The notes under the pieces were generated by a model. The model was not told where the DNA came from and did no database searches. It was given only the letters and a program-made list of their open reading frames with translations. The position numbers and the translations under genes are program-made. A DNA stretch of 64,000 nucleotides from the NCBI GenBank assembly GCA_017544805.1, contig JAFYDK010000015.1, positions 6,858-70,857 of the forward strand, given 5' to 3'. This stretch comes from Bacteroidales bacterium (lineage in GTDB: Bacteria; Bacteroidota; Bacteroidia; Bacteroidales; UBA3824). This document shows positions 47,701 to 55,900 of this stretch, in pieces (position 1 is the first letter of the stretch; every line of letters begins with the position of its first letter).

Positions 47701-48271
47701 CGTAATAAGTCGAATAATCCATAAAACGTGTTGCGCCTTGACGAATTCTATTAGAAAACGACCAACTCAAAACAAGCAACAAACCCAAAATTGTTAAAGA
47801 CTGTATCAAAAAGCGAGTCGTTCGCTTAAAATCAATCGCCGTAGTAAAATTCCACGGGGAAATTTTATCAATTTTTTGATTAATAGCAGCAATCAACAAT
47901 TCGGATTTGGAGTCATCAAGCGAATTTAATTGCAAAATATTTGTTAAAACACCGTTAGAATCGTTGAAATAACGCGAAATTATATCCGAAGCCTCCTGAT
48001 AACTTAAATACGGAATCAGTTTGAAAATTTTCAGAACAGGTATCAAAATAAAGAAAACAAAGACCGATAAAAACAAAAACAGAGCAAAATAAAACAAAAT
48101 TGTCTTTACCGAAGGCTGCATAAACGAAAATCCCTCCACCATAAAAAGCGTAAATACCGATACGGAAAATATCAGCACAAACAATAAAACTCCCGTTATT
48201 ATCCTATTTGAATAAAATTTTCGGATAAAATCGTTGAGTTTAGCCTCTATGACAGAAAAATTCGATTTCAT
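44798..48271 (-). CDS. Large membrane-anchored protein with a giant Q/N/E/K-rich coiled coil (DUF4175-like)
   Basis: N-terminal TM helices (VLLFVLIFSVSVFTLFMV, ILFYFALFLFLSVFVFFILIPV), a beta-rich middle region and ~600 aa of low-complexity coiled coil. ATGA overlap with the upstream M23 gene. The DUF label is from memory. Confidence 0.6.
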   Translation of the reverse strand: MKSNFSVIEAKLNDFIRKFYSNRIITGVLLFVLIFSVSVFTLFMVEGFSFMQPSVKTILFYFALFLFLSVFVFFILIPVLKIFKLIPYLSYQEASDIISRYFNDSNGVLTNILQLNSLDDSKSELLIAAINQKIDKISPWNFTTAIDFKRTTRFLIQSLTILGLLLVLSWSFSNRIRQGATRFMDYSTYYEKENPYTFSLLSDNLQCAAGEDFLVLVKIDGPDVLRDVYLSGEDFSVRMNSDSAGYYSYNLKNLNSNLNFHVNYSLYRSENFGIEVFQKPQILRSSVQVLPPSYTKISSEEFENTGDLTVPFGSKIVWNYEISSVKNFQFFADSSKVDVSLKNNEIRIEKTAKKSFDYNFVIDGENSYNQTSELFHVNLIPDYYPTIQVVSAVDSTVANALYFSGHISDDYGFYSLNFVYFDPDEPEKLHFEKIDFNESLSQDFFFYYDFSNLKKTVSYYFEVRDNDNISGFKSSKTSYSVYTAVSDQEKQDRIDNLQSSMVDKVEKAQSLLRELNNDLNDFQKSVAANKNLSEWEKKLKLDNLMNKQDKLKSLLEEISEDNKFKNAFENQLSSEENEELQKKQQQLQELWDQLLTDDIKKLMDEISELAKKLSEKTMRENVQDLKFDYNQISEQLDRNNTLMKMFNIENKLQNISNEMLNLSKDLSDVSKQLSEPNKLSDAQKEQLSNDLESIKQRFEQEKDNYKNLQNQNEELGENKLDIPQLEQKFEEIKNELNSESDKLNELFEQNKIDKNQKSDFKNEKSNDKNSQKSDTKSDFNDENNQNNNGDESNKTDSRETKSDNRQLQEQMQDTADDLEQMSNEMQGLQQQNGQKKNQENINDIRQILDNLLTLSFAQEDVMNTVKTGSNYLGASIPKQIEIKKDFSLVVDSIYALANREPSLGHTVYEKISDINSYLGKIEGELNENHKSDALRYQHNVLVGFNDLSLLFSEIQDQMQNQQSQSQSSSSQENSSRNSSKNKKQMAERQQNMQQMKNQQQSLKDMLQKMLQQLQKGDTPKNQQLVQSLKKMEMLQQQLQQLQNQGGNTPKQQQLLNQMNQLMEDSKRDIVNRNINKSLIDRQNAIFNKLLDLETAEKQQEYDEKRESKQASDLQQQSKEDLKLKFKKFGTKEFLNSPVLNLNLFYQNKYSEYLQNIE

Positions 48272-49383
48272 TTTTTATCTTTATCTACGTTTCTAATTAG
48301 CCAATAATACGGATTTTGCGCTTTGGAATCGTGCCAAATCTGAAAATTAAACACGCTGTTTTTGCTTTGAGTATCAAAACCGCCAATCGTATCTTCCTTT
48401 TCTAATTCGTCGCCGACAGAAACTTTTATATGATCAAGCCCGGAATAAACCGTAAAATACGTTCCGTGCCTAACTATAACAGAATATTTATTCTGCGGCA
48501 AAATTACAATTTTTGTTACCGTTCCGTTATAAACACATCTGACCTTAGCCTGAGAAGGCACGCAAAAGTCCAAACCGTCGTTTCTAACAGTTACTTTCTC
48601 GTAAACCGGGTGCTTAGATTCGCCGAAATATTTAATTATAACAGCCTTATGCACCGGCCAAATCAAATAACCTTTCTGAACTTCAAATAATGCCGAAAGC
48701 CTATCAGACTCTGTTTTTATAGGAGCTAAAGCCGATGTACCGATAGAATCAAGATTGTTTTTAAGAATTTCACGTGAAATTTCTCCATTCTTGTTCTGCG
48801 AAAAATTCTTAGCAATCAAATTCCGCGAGGTACTATAACGCTTTATAAACGACTGCTCAACGCCCAATTTCTCCGCCAAATTATTTTTCTTGGCCTTAAT
48901 AGAATCTAACTTCTCAACGGTAGCAACAATTTCCGCTTTCAAAGCATTTATCCTTTTAATTTTCTTTAAGCGGTAATCTTTAAGCCACTTAATATAAAGA
49001 AATTGCCTATACGTTTTATAAAGGTTGTCAAACGAAAAAATATCAAAATTCTGATACATTTTGTCACGCAACCTCCAAGCCGTTATAATAAGCGATTTAT
49101 AAATCTCCTTCTCATAATCCAACTGAGAATTAAGCCGTTGAAAAAACAATTCATTGTTATAAATGTCTTTATCAACCTGCTCAATCTGAAATTTTAACTT
49201 CGATATAACAGAATTCTTCAAATCCAACTGTCTGTCCAAAATACTAAGCGACAAATCAGTATCATTAATATCCGTTAATCCCGTTAAAACACTGTCCAAA
49301 TACGCTGTCTGCTCCTCTAAACCGACCTGCGCTTTAGAACTCATACAAAACAAAACTAAAACAATTACAAATATTTTTCTCAT
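48268..49383 (-). CDS. EnvC-like murein hydrolase activator: coiled coil plus a degenerate M23/LytM domain
   Basis: Signal ...SSKAQ. A long coiled coil. The LytM region VRNDGLDFCVP...VIVRHGTYFTVYSGL...GDELEKEDTIGG has Asn where the first catalytic His would be, and YSGL instead of Y.HL. Confidence 0.7.
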   Translation of the reverse strand: MRKIFVIVLVLFCMSSKAQVGLEEQTAYLDSVLTGLTDINDTDLSLSILDRQLDLKNSVISKLKFQIEQVDKDIYNNELFFQRLNSQLDYEKEIYKSLIITAWRLRDKMYQNFDIFSFDNLYKTYRQFLYIKWLKDYRLKKIKRINALKAEIVATVEKLDSIKAKKNNLAEKLGVEQSFIKRYSTSRNLIAKNFSQNKNGEISREILKNNLDSIGTSALAPIKTESDRLSALFEVQKGYLIWPVHKAVIIKYFGESKHPVYEKVTVRNDGLDFCVPSQAKVRCVYNGTVTKIVILPQNKYSVIVRHGTYFTVYSGLDHIKVSVGDELEKEDTIGGFDTQSKNSVFNFQIWHDSKAQNPYYWLIRNVDKDKK

Positions 49384-49447
49384 TTCTTCATTTTTTCATT
49401 TTCACTTATAGTTTTCCTCCTTTTATTAAAATAAAGGAAAAATCCGA

Positions 49448-50287
49448 CTAAAATTCAAAAGGTTTATAAGTAGAGGGAATCGTTAAAGGATATTGCAACG
49501 CCTTACCAAAAACTGCTTTTTGATAATCAAACGCTACGGAAAAATCCGTGCCCTGACCTTCAAAAACAACCTGGAAAGGCAAAAGATGTCCACCAAAATC
49601 TTTCAAATCAGCGTATCTTATTTTAATACCTTTCTGCGACTGCACAGTAACCGCCACATTCTCCTCCACCCTATTCTTTTGGGTAGAAAGCGTTATTTTA
49701 TTAATCATCGAATAATTCTGAGCAAACTTTTCACCCGATGATAAAATCAATTTTTCACTCTGCTCTTCAGGCGTAAAATATGAAAGATTTTCAACCGAAT
49801 TTTTCGGAAACAAGAAAAACTTATTCAAAAATACCGATTGCAAAATATCAAAGTCAAAATCCACGGGAAAAAACTTTTTCAAAACCGAATAATCGCCTTT
49901 GAAATATTGATTTTTGAGTTTAACAACAGCAAAAACTGAATCCTTCGTAAATTTTGCCCGAGCTATTTCAAGTCCGAATGCCTTTATATAAAGCCACATC
50001 AAAGAATCATTCGCCATACGTAACGTACCTGAACCAGAGACATTTTTGTCCGGCAACTGAAGTTTTAAATCAAACTTTATCTCAACAGTAGAAAACGTAT
50101 CTTGATTAAGATACATATCCTTTGCTTTAAGATATAAAGGACTGCTTAAATCAACACCCGTATCCGAAGAAACCGTAACGTTTTGCTTATTGTCATGATT
50201 ATTATCAGCCTTCTTTTTGCCTTTACACGAAGACAAAAACAAAAGCGGAATCACAACAAAAAATACTATTCTAAAAAAATATTTCAT
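49448..50287 (-). CDS. DUF4292-like (LolB-fold-like) lipoprotein
   Basis: Lipobox LFLSSC. 279 aa. Sits between the TPR gene and the M23 gene, as in other Bacteroidota. The label comes from this gene order. Confidence 0.5.
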   Translation of the reverse strand: MKYFFRIVFFVVIPLLFLSSCKGKKKADNNHDNKQNVTVSSDTGVDLSSPLYLKAKDMYLNQDTFSTVEIKFDLKLQLPDKNVSGSGTLRMANDSLMWLYIKAFGLEIARAKFTKDSVFAVVKLKNQYFKGDYSVLKKFFPVDFDFDILQSVFLNKFFLFPKNSVENLSYFTPEEQSEKLILSSGEKFAQNYSMINKITLSTQKNRVEENVAVTVQSQKGIKIRYADLKDFGGHLLPFQVVFEGQGTDFSVAFDYQKAVFGKALQYPLTIPSTYKPFEF

Positions 50288-50298
50288 ATCCTAAATTA

Positions 50299-51987
50299 TT
50301 ATTTACAATTTCTAATTTTAGCATCAATAGTTTCTTTATCAGAGCCGTAACTCAATGACAAAGACCAAAACGAAACGGCTCTTTCACAATCACCCGCCTT
50401 TTGAAAAATATCTCCCGCAAGTTCAAACGTGTAATATTTTTTCATAGCATTGAGCGAATTGGACTTCTCGATAAAGTATTGAGCCGATTTCAAATCTCCG
50501 GTTCTAAACATATAAAACGCGTAAACATAATGAAAGTAATAATTAAAATTATCAAAAGCAACGCATTGTTTTATAATCGTTTGAGCAAGAGGCAAATCCT
50601 TTTTAGAATCAACCAAATAATAAGCATATTGAGCCAAAATATTATAATCGGAATGATTAAGATTATAATATTGCTGAAAACACTTAAAAGCATCGTCCGT
50701 TTTTCCTATCTTATAATTATAAACGCCAGAATAAAAATAAAACAGATTTGCAGCATCCGTCATTTCGATTCCAAAATCCCTGGCTTGAGAAAGCATATCC
50801 TCAGCAGAGGAAAAATCCTTCAAATTCATAAAGGCAACCGCTGAATACAACATCACCTCAACTTGAGCAGGAAAATATTCTTCAGCATCTTCGACAGCAG
50901 ATTTCAAACTCCTAAAATCTTCAGTCATAACATAAACCTTGAAAATTTTTCTCCAAAGCGAAAAATCAGATTTGTCGATTTTAGTACAAAGCCTCAAGAC
51001 CTCGGCGGCTTTGTCATAATTTTCTATGACCATCAAAAAATCCGCATACGAAGACAAGACTTCAAAATTTTCCCCGGAAGTTTTCAAAACAGCATCGTAA
51101 AGCTCGGAAACTTTTTCCTCCGAAAAATTTTCCGAATTCATAACTATGTCTTGAATGATTGAAATCTTCTCTTTAGTTGAAATTTCCTCGCTACGAAAAG
51201 ACTCAATGAGATTTTGATAGAAACATTCCGTCTGGGCAGTCGCACGACAGAAATAAGCCTGAGCGAGATATGACAAAGGATTTTTGTCATCAATACTTTT
51301 CATTTTTTTCAGAACTGATTGAGCCTTAGATATTTGGGAAGTCGATAAATAGAAGTCCTCCAACATTCCAAGATAAGACAAATTAGACGAATCTGTCAAA
51401 AGTATTTTACAAAATTCATTCTCCATTGCGTCAAACTTATTTTGACGGCGGAAAATGTCAATTTTTTTCAAACTAAGGTCAAAATCATAACCGTAAATCT
51501 CTTCAATCTTATTAAGTGTAAAAATCGCACTCGAAAATTTATTAAACTGCGTATAAAAATTTACCAACCGCAAATAATCTTGATAAGTCGGATTTTTTTG
51601 AATCAGCTTTTCATAAATTTTCAAAGCCTCAGAATAATTGTTGGTCGTCTCGTAAACTGTTGCTAAAAAAACATTGTACCAATAATTGTCAGGTTGAAGT
51701 TTCACAGCCGAGATTGCAAAATTCATTGCTGCATCAAAGTCCTTGTAATTGTAATAAATTCTCGCAAGTTGAAAATTTGCCGCAGCAGAATTAGGATTTA
51801 GTTTCAAACATGAATTATATGCGGACAAAGCTTTTTCAGGCTGACCTTTCAAGAGGAAAATGTCAGCCTGCGACAAAAAGTTCTTGAATTCAACTTCATC
51901 AGGAACTTTTTGCTCAATGTTTTTCTGCGCATCAACTTTAGAAAAAACAAATATAAGCAGTATAATAAAAAAAAGTTTCATAATCAC
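50299..51987 (-). CDS. Secreted tetratricopeptide-repeat protein
   Basis: Signal ...KVDAQ. Repeated A..Y...L...P....A...LA..Y units throughout. Confidence 0.75.
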   Translation of the reverse strand: MIMKLFFIILLIFVFSKVDAQKNIEQKVPDEVEFKNFLSQADIFLLKGQPEKALSAYNSCLKLNPNSAAANFQLARIYYNYKDFDAAMNFAISAVKLQPDNYWYNVFLATVYETTNNYSEALKIYEKLIQKNPTYQDYLRLVNFYTQFNKFSSAIFTLNKIEEIYGYDFDLSLKKIDIFRRQNKFDAMENEFCKILLTDSSNLSYLGMLEDFYLSTSQISKAQSVLKKMKSIDDKNPLSYLAQAYFCRATAQTECFYQNLIESFRSEEISTKEKISIIQDIVMNSENFSEEKVSELYDAVLKTSGENFEVLSSYADFLMVIENYDKAAEVLRLCTKIDKSDFSLWRKIFKVYVMTEDFRSLKSAVEDAEEYFPAQVEVMLYSAVAFMNLKDFSSAEDMLSQARDFGIEMTDAANLFYFYSGVYNYKIGKTDDAFKCFQQYYNLNHSDYNILAQYAYYLVDSKKDLPLAQTIIKQCVAFDNFNYYFHYVYAFYMFRTGDLKSAQYFIEKSNSLNAMKKYYTFELAGDIFQKAGDCERAVSFWSLSLSYGSDKETIDAKIRNCK

Positions 51988-52019
51988 TACCGCATATTAA
52001 CGCAAGTTTATAATTCTCA

Positions 52020-52027
52020 CAAAATTA
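52020..52027 (-). promoter_or_regulatory. Bacteroidota -7 promoter box (TAnnTTTG), candidate promoter of the TPR-to-mnmG operon
   Basis: The minus strand reads TAATTTTG, about 33 nt upstream of the start at 51987. Confidence 0.4.
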
Positions 52028-52254
52028 CAAATAAATCGGCATTTATAAAAAATAATTTTTCAGTTTTAAGAAAAAATATCAATTAATAACACGACAAAAC
52101 AATTTTCTTTCCCCAAAAGAAACAAACTTTATTAAACAAAAGTATAGACAAAACAATGATAACCCCAAAATAATATTCATAGATAAATGATTAAAGCAAA
52201 ATAATTTAACACACCAAATCTCAAGTTTTTTTTGAGAATAAAAAACGCCGATAA

Positions 52255-52686
52255 TCACACACCGGTATGACCGAAACCGCCCGCTCCCCTATCCGATTCA
52301 TTAAGATTTTCAACTTCCAAAAATTCAATATGTTCAAATCTTTGAATTACCATCTGACAAATCCTATCACCGCTGCGAATAGTAAAATCTGAATCAGAAA
52401 GATTAATCAAAATGACTTTTATTTCACCTCTGTAATCAGCATCAATAGTTCCGGGCGAGTTCAAAACAGTAATTCCGTTCTTCAAAGCAAGCCCCGAACG
52501 CGGACGAATCTGCGCCTCATAACCCTCAGGCAATTCCAAAAACAATCCCGTAGGAACTAAAACTCTCTGTAACGGTCTCAAAATCAAATCATTATCTAAA
52601 TCCGCACATAAATCCAAACCAGATGAATATGGAGTTTTGTATTCGGGTAACTGATTTTTCGACTTGTTAATAACTTTTATCTGCAT
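52255..52686 (-). CDS. dut: dUTP diphosphatase
   Basis: Start at MQIKVINK (cat at 52684..52686; a CAAAAATA -7 box lies 22 nt upstream, inside the longer ORF). Motifs [31 protein letters not shown]. Confidence 0.95.
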   Translation of the reverse strand: MQIKVINKSKNQLPEYKTPYSSGLDLCADLDNDLILRPLQRVLVPTGLFLELPEGYEAQIRPRSGLALKNGITVLNSPGTIDADYRGEIKVILINLSDSDFTIRSGDRICQMVIQRFEHIEFLEVENLNESDRGAGGFGHTGV

Positions 52687-52707
52687 AATTGTCAATATTT
52701 TAATACA

Positions 52708-52715
52708 CAAAAATA
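52708..52715 (-). promoter_or_regulatory. Bacteroidota -7 promoter box (TAnnTTTG)
   Basis: The minus strand reads TATTTTTG, about 22 nt upstream of the dut start at 52686. Confidence 0.4.
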
Positions 52716-52752
52716 ATAATAAAATCCACAGCAAAAAACATCTGCGCCGTTT

Positions 52753-52818
52753 TTATCAACAAAATTTTATCAACAATATAAAATACTGATATTTAATCAA
52801 TTACAAAAGTTATCAACA
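52753..52818. promoter_or_regulatory. Three TTATCAACA DnaA-box-like sites upstream of dut
   Basis: Exact TTATCAACA at 52753..52761, 52767..52775 and 52810..52818, in the 135-nt spacer between the flippase stop and the dut start. Confidence 0.45.
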
Positions 52819-52821
52819 TAA

Positions 52822-54300
52822 TTAACGTTTAAATTTGTGCATAAGCTTAGCAAACATCGGTCCCAAATTCTCTCTCTTGAAAACCACGCCTGCAAAAATC
52901 ATAAGCAGCAAAGTATTAACAATAATCTCCCAAACCAACTCAAGCTCTTTTGTAAAACATGATACAAAGTAAAGAACGGCCGCCAAAGAGGTATACAATA
53001 TCATATTCTTGAAATCATAATCGCAAACAAGATATTTTTTTCCCCATAAAAACGTAATTATCAACATTATAAGATAACAAGCCACATTCGCAACCGCGCA
53101 TGAAACATAACCGTACAAGGGAACGAAAATATAATTCAAAACAATAGTTACCACCGCACCGATTATAAAAATATAAATTCCGTAAACCGTTTTGGAATTC
53201 AATTTATACCAAAACGACTGCAAATAAACCAATCCGACCAACAAATGCCCTATTAAAAGGAAAGGGACAACTTTTAAGCCCGACCAGTATGATGAATCAA
53301 CAAAATACTTAATCACGTTTAAATAGAACATAATCCCCAAAAAAATGAATAATCCAAAGGTCAGTAAATATTTATTTACTTTTGCAAACAAATCGTTGAA
53401 ATCTACAGACCCCTTGTTAGAAAAGAAAAACGGATCGGCCGAATACCTGAAACACTGAATAAACAAGGTCATCAAAACGGCAATTTTAGCATTAGCACCG
53501 TAAATACCTAATTCGCTGAGAATATAACTGTTAGCATCTGTTATAGAATCAGGAACGGTATAAAAAAACTTTATGGAAACTCTGTCAAAAAACTCGTTAA
53601 TCATTCCCGCCAAACCCGAAACCAAAAGCGGTAAAGAATAAACAAGCATATTTTTCAACAATGCAAAGTCAAAACTATATTTAACTTTGAAAAATTCAGG
53701 CACGAAAAGCAAAAGCGTTAAAAGACTTGCCATAAAATTCGCCAAAAAGACATATCCAACACCAAAATTTTCGTCATAATATCCGGTTTTAGGCAGATAC
53801 AAGATAAAAAACAAATTCAAACCAATATTAACACAAATATTAATGAGCTTAAAAATACCGAATTTCAAAGCTTTGTTCTGTTGTCTTAACCGTGCAAAAG
53901 GAATGGAGGTAAAAGCGTCCAAAGCGAGAATTATCACAAAAAGCGAAATATAATTTTCATGGGTTTGATAATTCAAAATTTCAGCAATCTGTCCCGAAAA
54001 AAGAAGCCCGGCAATTACAAAAACTGAACTCGTTATAAATAAGGAAGTTGCAGCAGTAGAAAATACTTTGTCGGGATTATTTTGCGTTTTGGAAAAATAA
54101 AAATATCCGGTTTCCATACCGTAAGTTAAAAGAATCATCAAAAATGTAACATAAGTATACATTTCGGTTATAATTCCGTACTCCGAAGGCACGAAAACGC
54201 GGGTGTAAAGCGGAACTAACAAATAATTTAAAAGCCGTCCCACAATAGAACTCAAACCGTAAATAAAAGTCTGAGATGCAAGTTGTTTAATTTTGCCCAT
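52822..54300 (-). CDS. MOP-superfamily polysaccharide/lipid-linked-oligosaccharide flippase (Wzx/MurJ-like)
   Basis: About 14 predicted TM helices across 492 aa. Start at MGKIKQLASQ, supported by a CAAAAGTA box at 54322..54329. Confidence 0.6.
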   Translation of the reverse strand: MGKIKQLASQTFIYGLSSIVGRLLNYLLVPLYTRVFVPSEYGIITEMYTYVTFLMILLTYGMETGYFYFSKTQNNPDKVFSTAATSLFITSSVFVIAGLLFSGQIAEILNYQTHENYISLFVIILALDAFTSIPFARLRQQNKALKFGIFKLINICVNIGLNLFFILYLPKTGYYDENFGVGYVFLANFMASLLTLLLFVPEFFKVKYSFDFALLKNMLVYSLPLLVSGLAGMINEFFDRVSIKFFYTVPDSITDANSYILSELGIYGANAKIAVLMTLFIQCFRYSADPFFFSNKGSVDFNDLFAKVNKYLLTFGLFIFLGIMFYLNVIKYFVDSSYWSGLKVVPFLLIGHLLVGLVYLQSFWYKLNSKTVYGIYIFIIGAVVTIVLNYIFVPLYGYVSCAVANVACYLIMLIITFLWGKKYLVCDYDFKNMILYTSLAAVLYFVSCFTKELELVWEIIVNTLLLMIFAGVVFKRENLGPMFAKLMHKFKR

Positions 54301-54321
54301 AATCCTCTGAATTTTTAGCGG

Positions 54322-54329
54322 CAAAAGTA
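54322..54329 (-). promoter_or_regulatory. Bacteroidota -7 promoter box (TAnnTTTG)
   Basis: The minus strand reads TACTTTTG, about 22 nt upstream of the flippase start at 54300. Confidence 0.4.
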
Positions 54330-54388
54330 CGATTTTTTTTTCTGCAAAAAAAATGTTTCCTTTGCAAAAAAAATTATCAGTAAAAGAG

Positions 54389-55111
54389 ATGAAAAAGATT
54401 TATATCTTATTGTTAATCACAGCATTAGGACTAAAAGCAAATGCACAGAAAAAATGGGATTTTGAACTCGGTGCAGGTTTTTCGCAAAACTCCGGAAACG
54501 TTGAAAACATGTCGGCAAAAAATTATGCAGAACTTCAGCGCAACGACAGTGTAATTTCGGGCGAGATAAATTACAAATTCGTATATCAAAGAGAAGACGA
54601 AAAAGAAACAAACAAAGGTTTTAACTCAGGTCTAAAATTGGATTTGTATCAGTACGGACGCTGGTCACCGTTCATAGCCATTGAAACTCTAACCAACAAA
54701 TACAAAGGTTACGACTTGAAAATGAGTGCATTAACAGGTGCTAAATACAGAATTTTCACAAAAGAGAGCATCTGCGATTATTCACTGAGCATAGCATTGG
54801 TTTATGACAACGTGGATTACACGCCGGAAGAAAATCAACTTGACAGAGAGGTTTTAAGACTTTCAGTAAGGCCGAAAATAAAACAGAAAATCGGAGAAAA
54901 TTTTTCGATTGTTCACAACACGTTTTATCAGCCCTCCTTAAAAGATTTTTCGGATTACATAGTAACCTCTATCACGAAACTTTCGTCAAAAATAAGTTCA
55001 AGGGTTTTTCTTGACGTAAATTTCAATTACGAATACCGCAGCAAGCTCCCGACAGAGGATTACAAACATTATGACATCAGCACTGATGTCTCATTAAAAC
55101 TGAAATTTTAA
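54389..55111 (+). CDS. Outer-membrane beta-barrel protein (DUF481/YdiY-like)
   Basis: Start at MKKIYILLLITALGLKANAQ. Alternating beta pattern. C-terminal DVSLKLKF with a terminal Phe. Confidence 0.45.
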   Translation: MKKIYILLLITALGLKANAQKKWDFELGAGFSQNSGNVENMSAKNYAELQRNDSVISGEINYKFVYQREDEKETNKGFNSGLKLDLYQYGRWSPFIAIETLTNKYKGYDLKMSALTGAKYRIFTKESICDYSLSIALVYDNVDYTPEENQLDREVLRLSVRPKIKQKIGENFSIVHNTFYQPSLKDFSDYIVTSITKLSSKISSRVFLDVNFNYEYRSKLPTEDYKHYDISTDVSLKLKF

Positions 55112-55129
55112 TTTTTACTTTTTTATATT

Positions 55130-55400
55130 TTTTATAATCATAATTATAATTATCTCCATTATTTTCATAATTATAATTATGATTTTTTGCTTTTATAATT
55201 TTTATAATAATGATTATGATTTTTTGCTTTTATAATTTTTATTATGATTTTTATTTTATAATTTTTATAATAATGATTATGAATTTTTACTTTTATAATT
55301 TTTATAATAATGATTATGAATTTTTTACTTTTATAATTTTTATAATAATGATTATGATTTTTTATTTTTATGATTTTTATAATAATGATTATGAATTTTT
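55130..55400. repeat. AT-only tandem repeat, about 7-8 copies of a 37-38-bp unit (candidate DNA-unwinding element of oriC)
   Basis: The core ATAATAATGATTATGA recurs at 55204, 55267, 55304, 55342 and 55379, with spacings of 63, 37, 38 and 37 nt (the 63-nt gap holds a truncated copy). A variant ATAATTATAATTATGA lies at 55167. Unit sequence: cttttataatttttataataatgattatgattttttg. Confidence 0.85.
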
Positions 55401-55539
55401 TATTTCTGTGATTATAAAAACCATTATCACGAATTTTATTTTTATAAAAATCATAAAAAGTTTTTTCTCCTCTATAAAAATTCCCCAAAAATCACCACCC
55501 TTCTTCGCTAAAAATAAAAATAATATATTTTTTAAATAT

Positions 55540-55900
55540 TTTTTTGATGATTATTATTACTTGTTGATAGTGTTGATAACTTTTTTGGTTATTTTTGCAA
55601 AGTGTAATTATTAACACTCATTCACTTTTTTCAACAGATAATGTTGATAACTAAATGCTGATTTTTAATGACTTACATAAGTTATCAACACTATCAACAA
55701 CTTTCGCTGTTGATGTTTATTGTTGATAAACTTTTTCTCGAAAGTGTTGAAAAAAATGTTGATTTGTTTGTTGAATCCTGTGGATAAACAGAAAAGAAAT
55801 GTTGATAATTTTTATTTTTAATGTACTTTTGCACATTATCAACACTTTTTAAACACTTGTTCAACACACTATCAACATACTATGTTGATAACTTTTGTAA
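55540..55900. other. Candidate chromosomal replication origin: DnaA-box cluster
   Basis: One perfect TGTGGATAA at 55779..55787. Seven exact TGTTGATAA/TTATCAACA (one mismatch to consensus) at 55571, 55642, 55682, 55721, 55800, 55836 and 55883. Three CTATCAACA-type boxes at 55562, 55691 and 55869. Further degenerate TGTTGAnnn copies. All lie in a 945-bp gene-free gap. Confidence 0.6.

Noticed and set aside
55130-55400. The tandem repeat as a possible CRISPR array.
   Set aside because: The units are directly adjacent, with no unique spacers. They are almost pure A/T with no palindromic repeat core, and there are no cas genes in the window.
55177-55614. Two long ORFs on opposite strands (55177..55488 minus, 55210..55614 plus) with translations such as IIIIKIIKIKNHNHYYKNYKSKKF.
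   Set aside because: They are reading-frame artefacts of the 37-38-bp AT-only tandem repeat. The peptides are periodic and low-complexity, both strands are open, and neither has a promoter box or start context.
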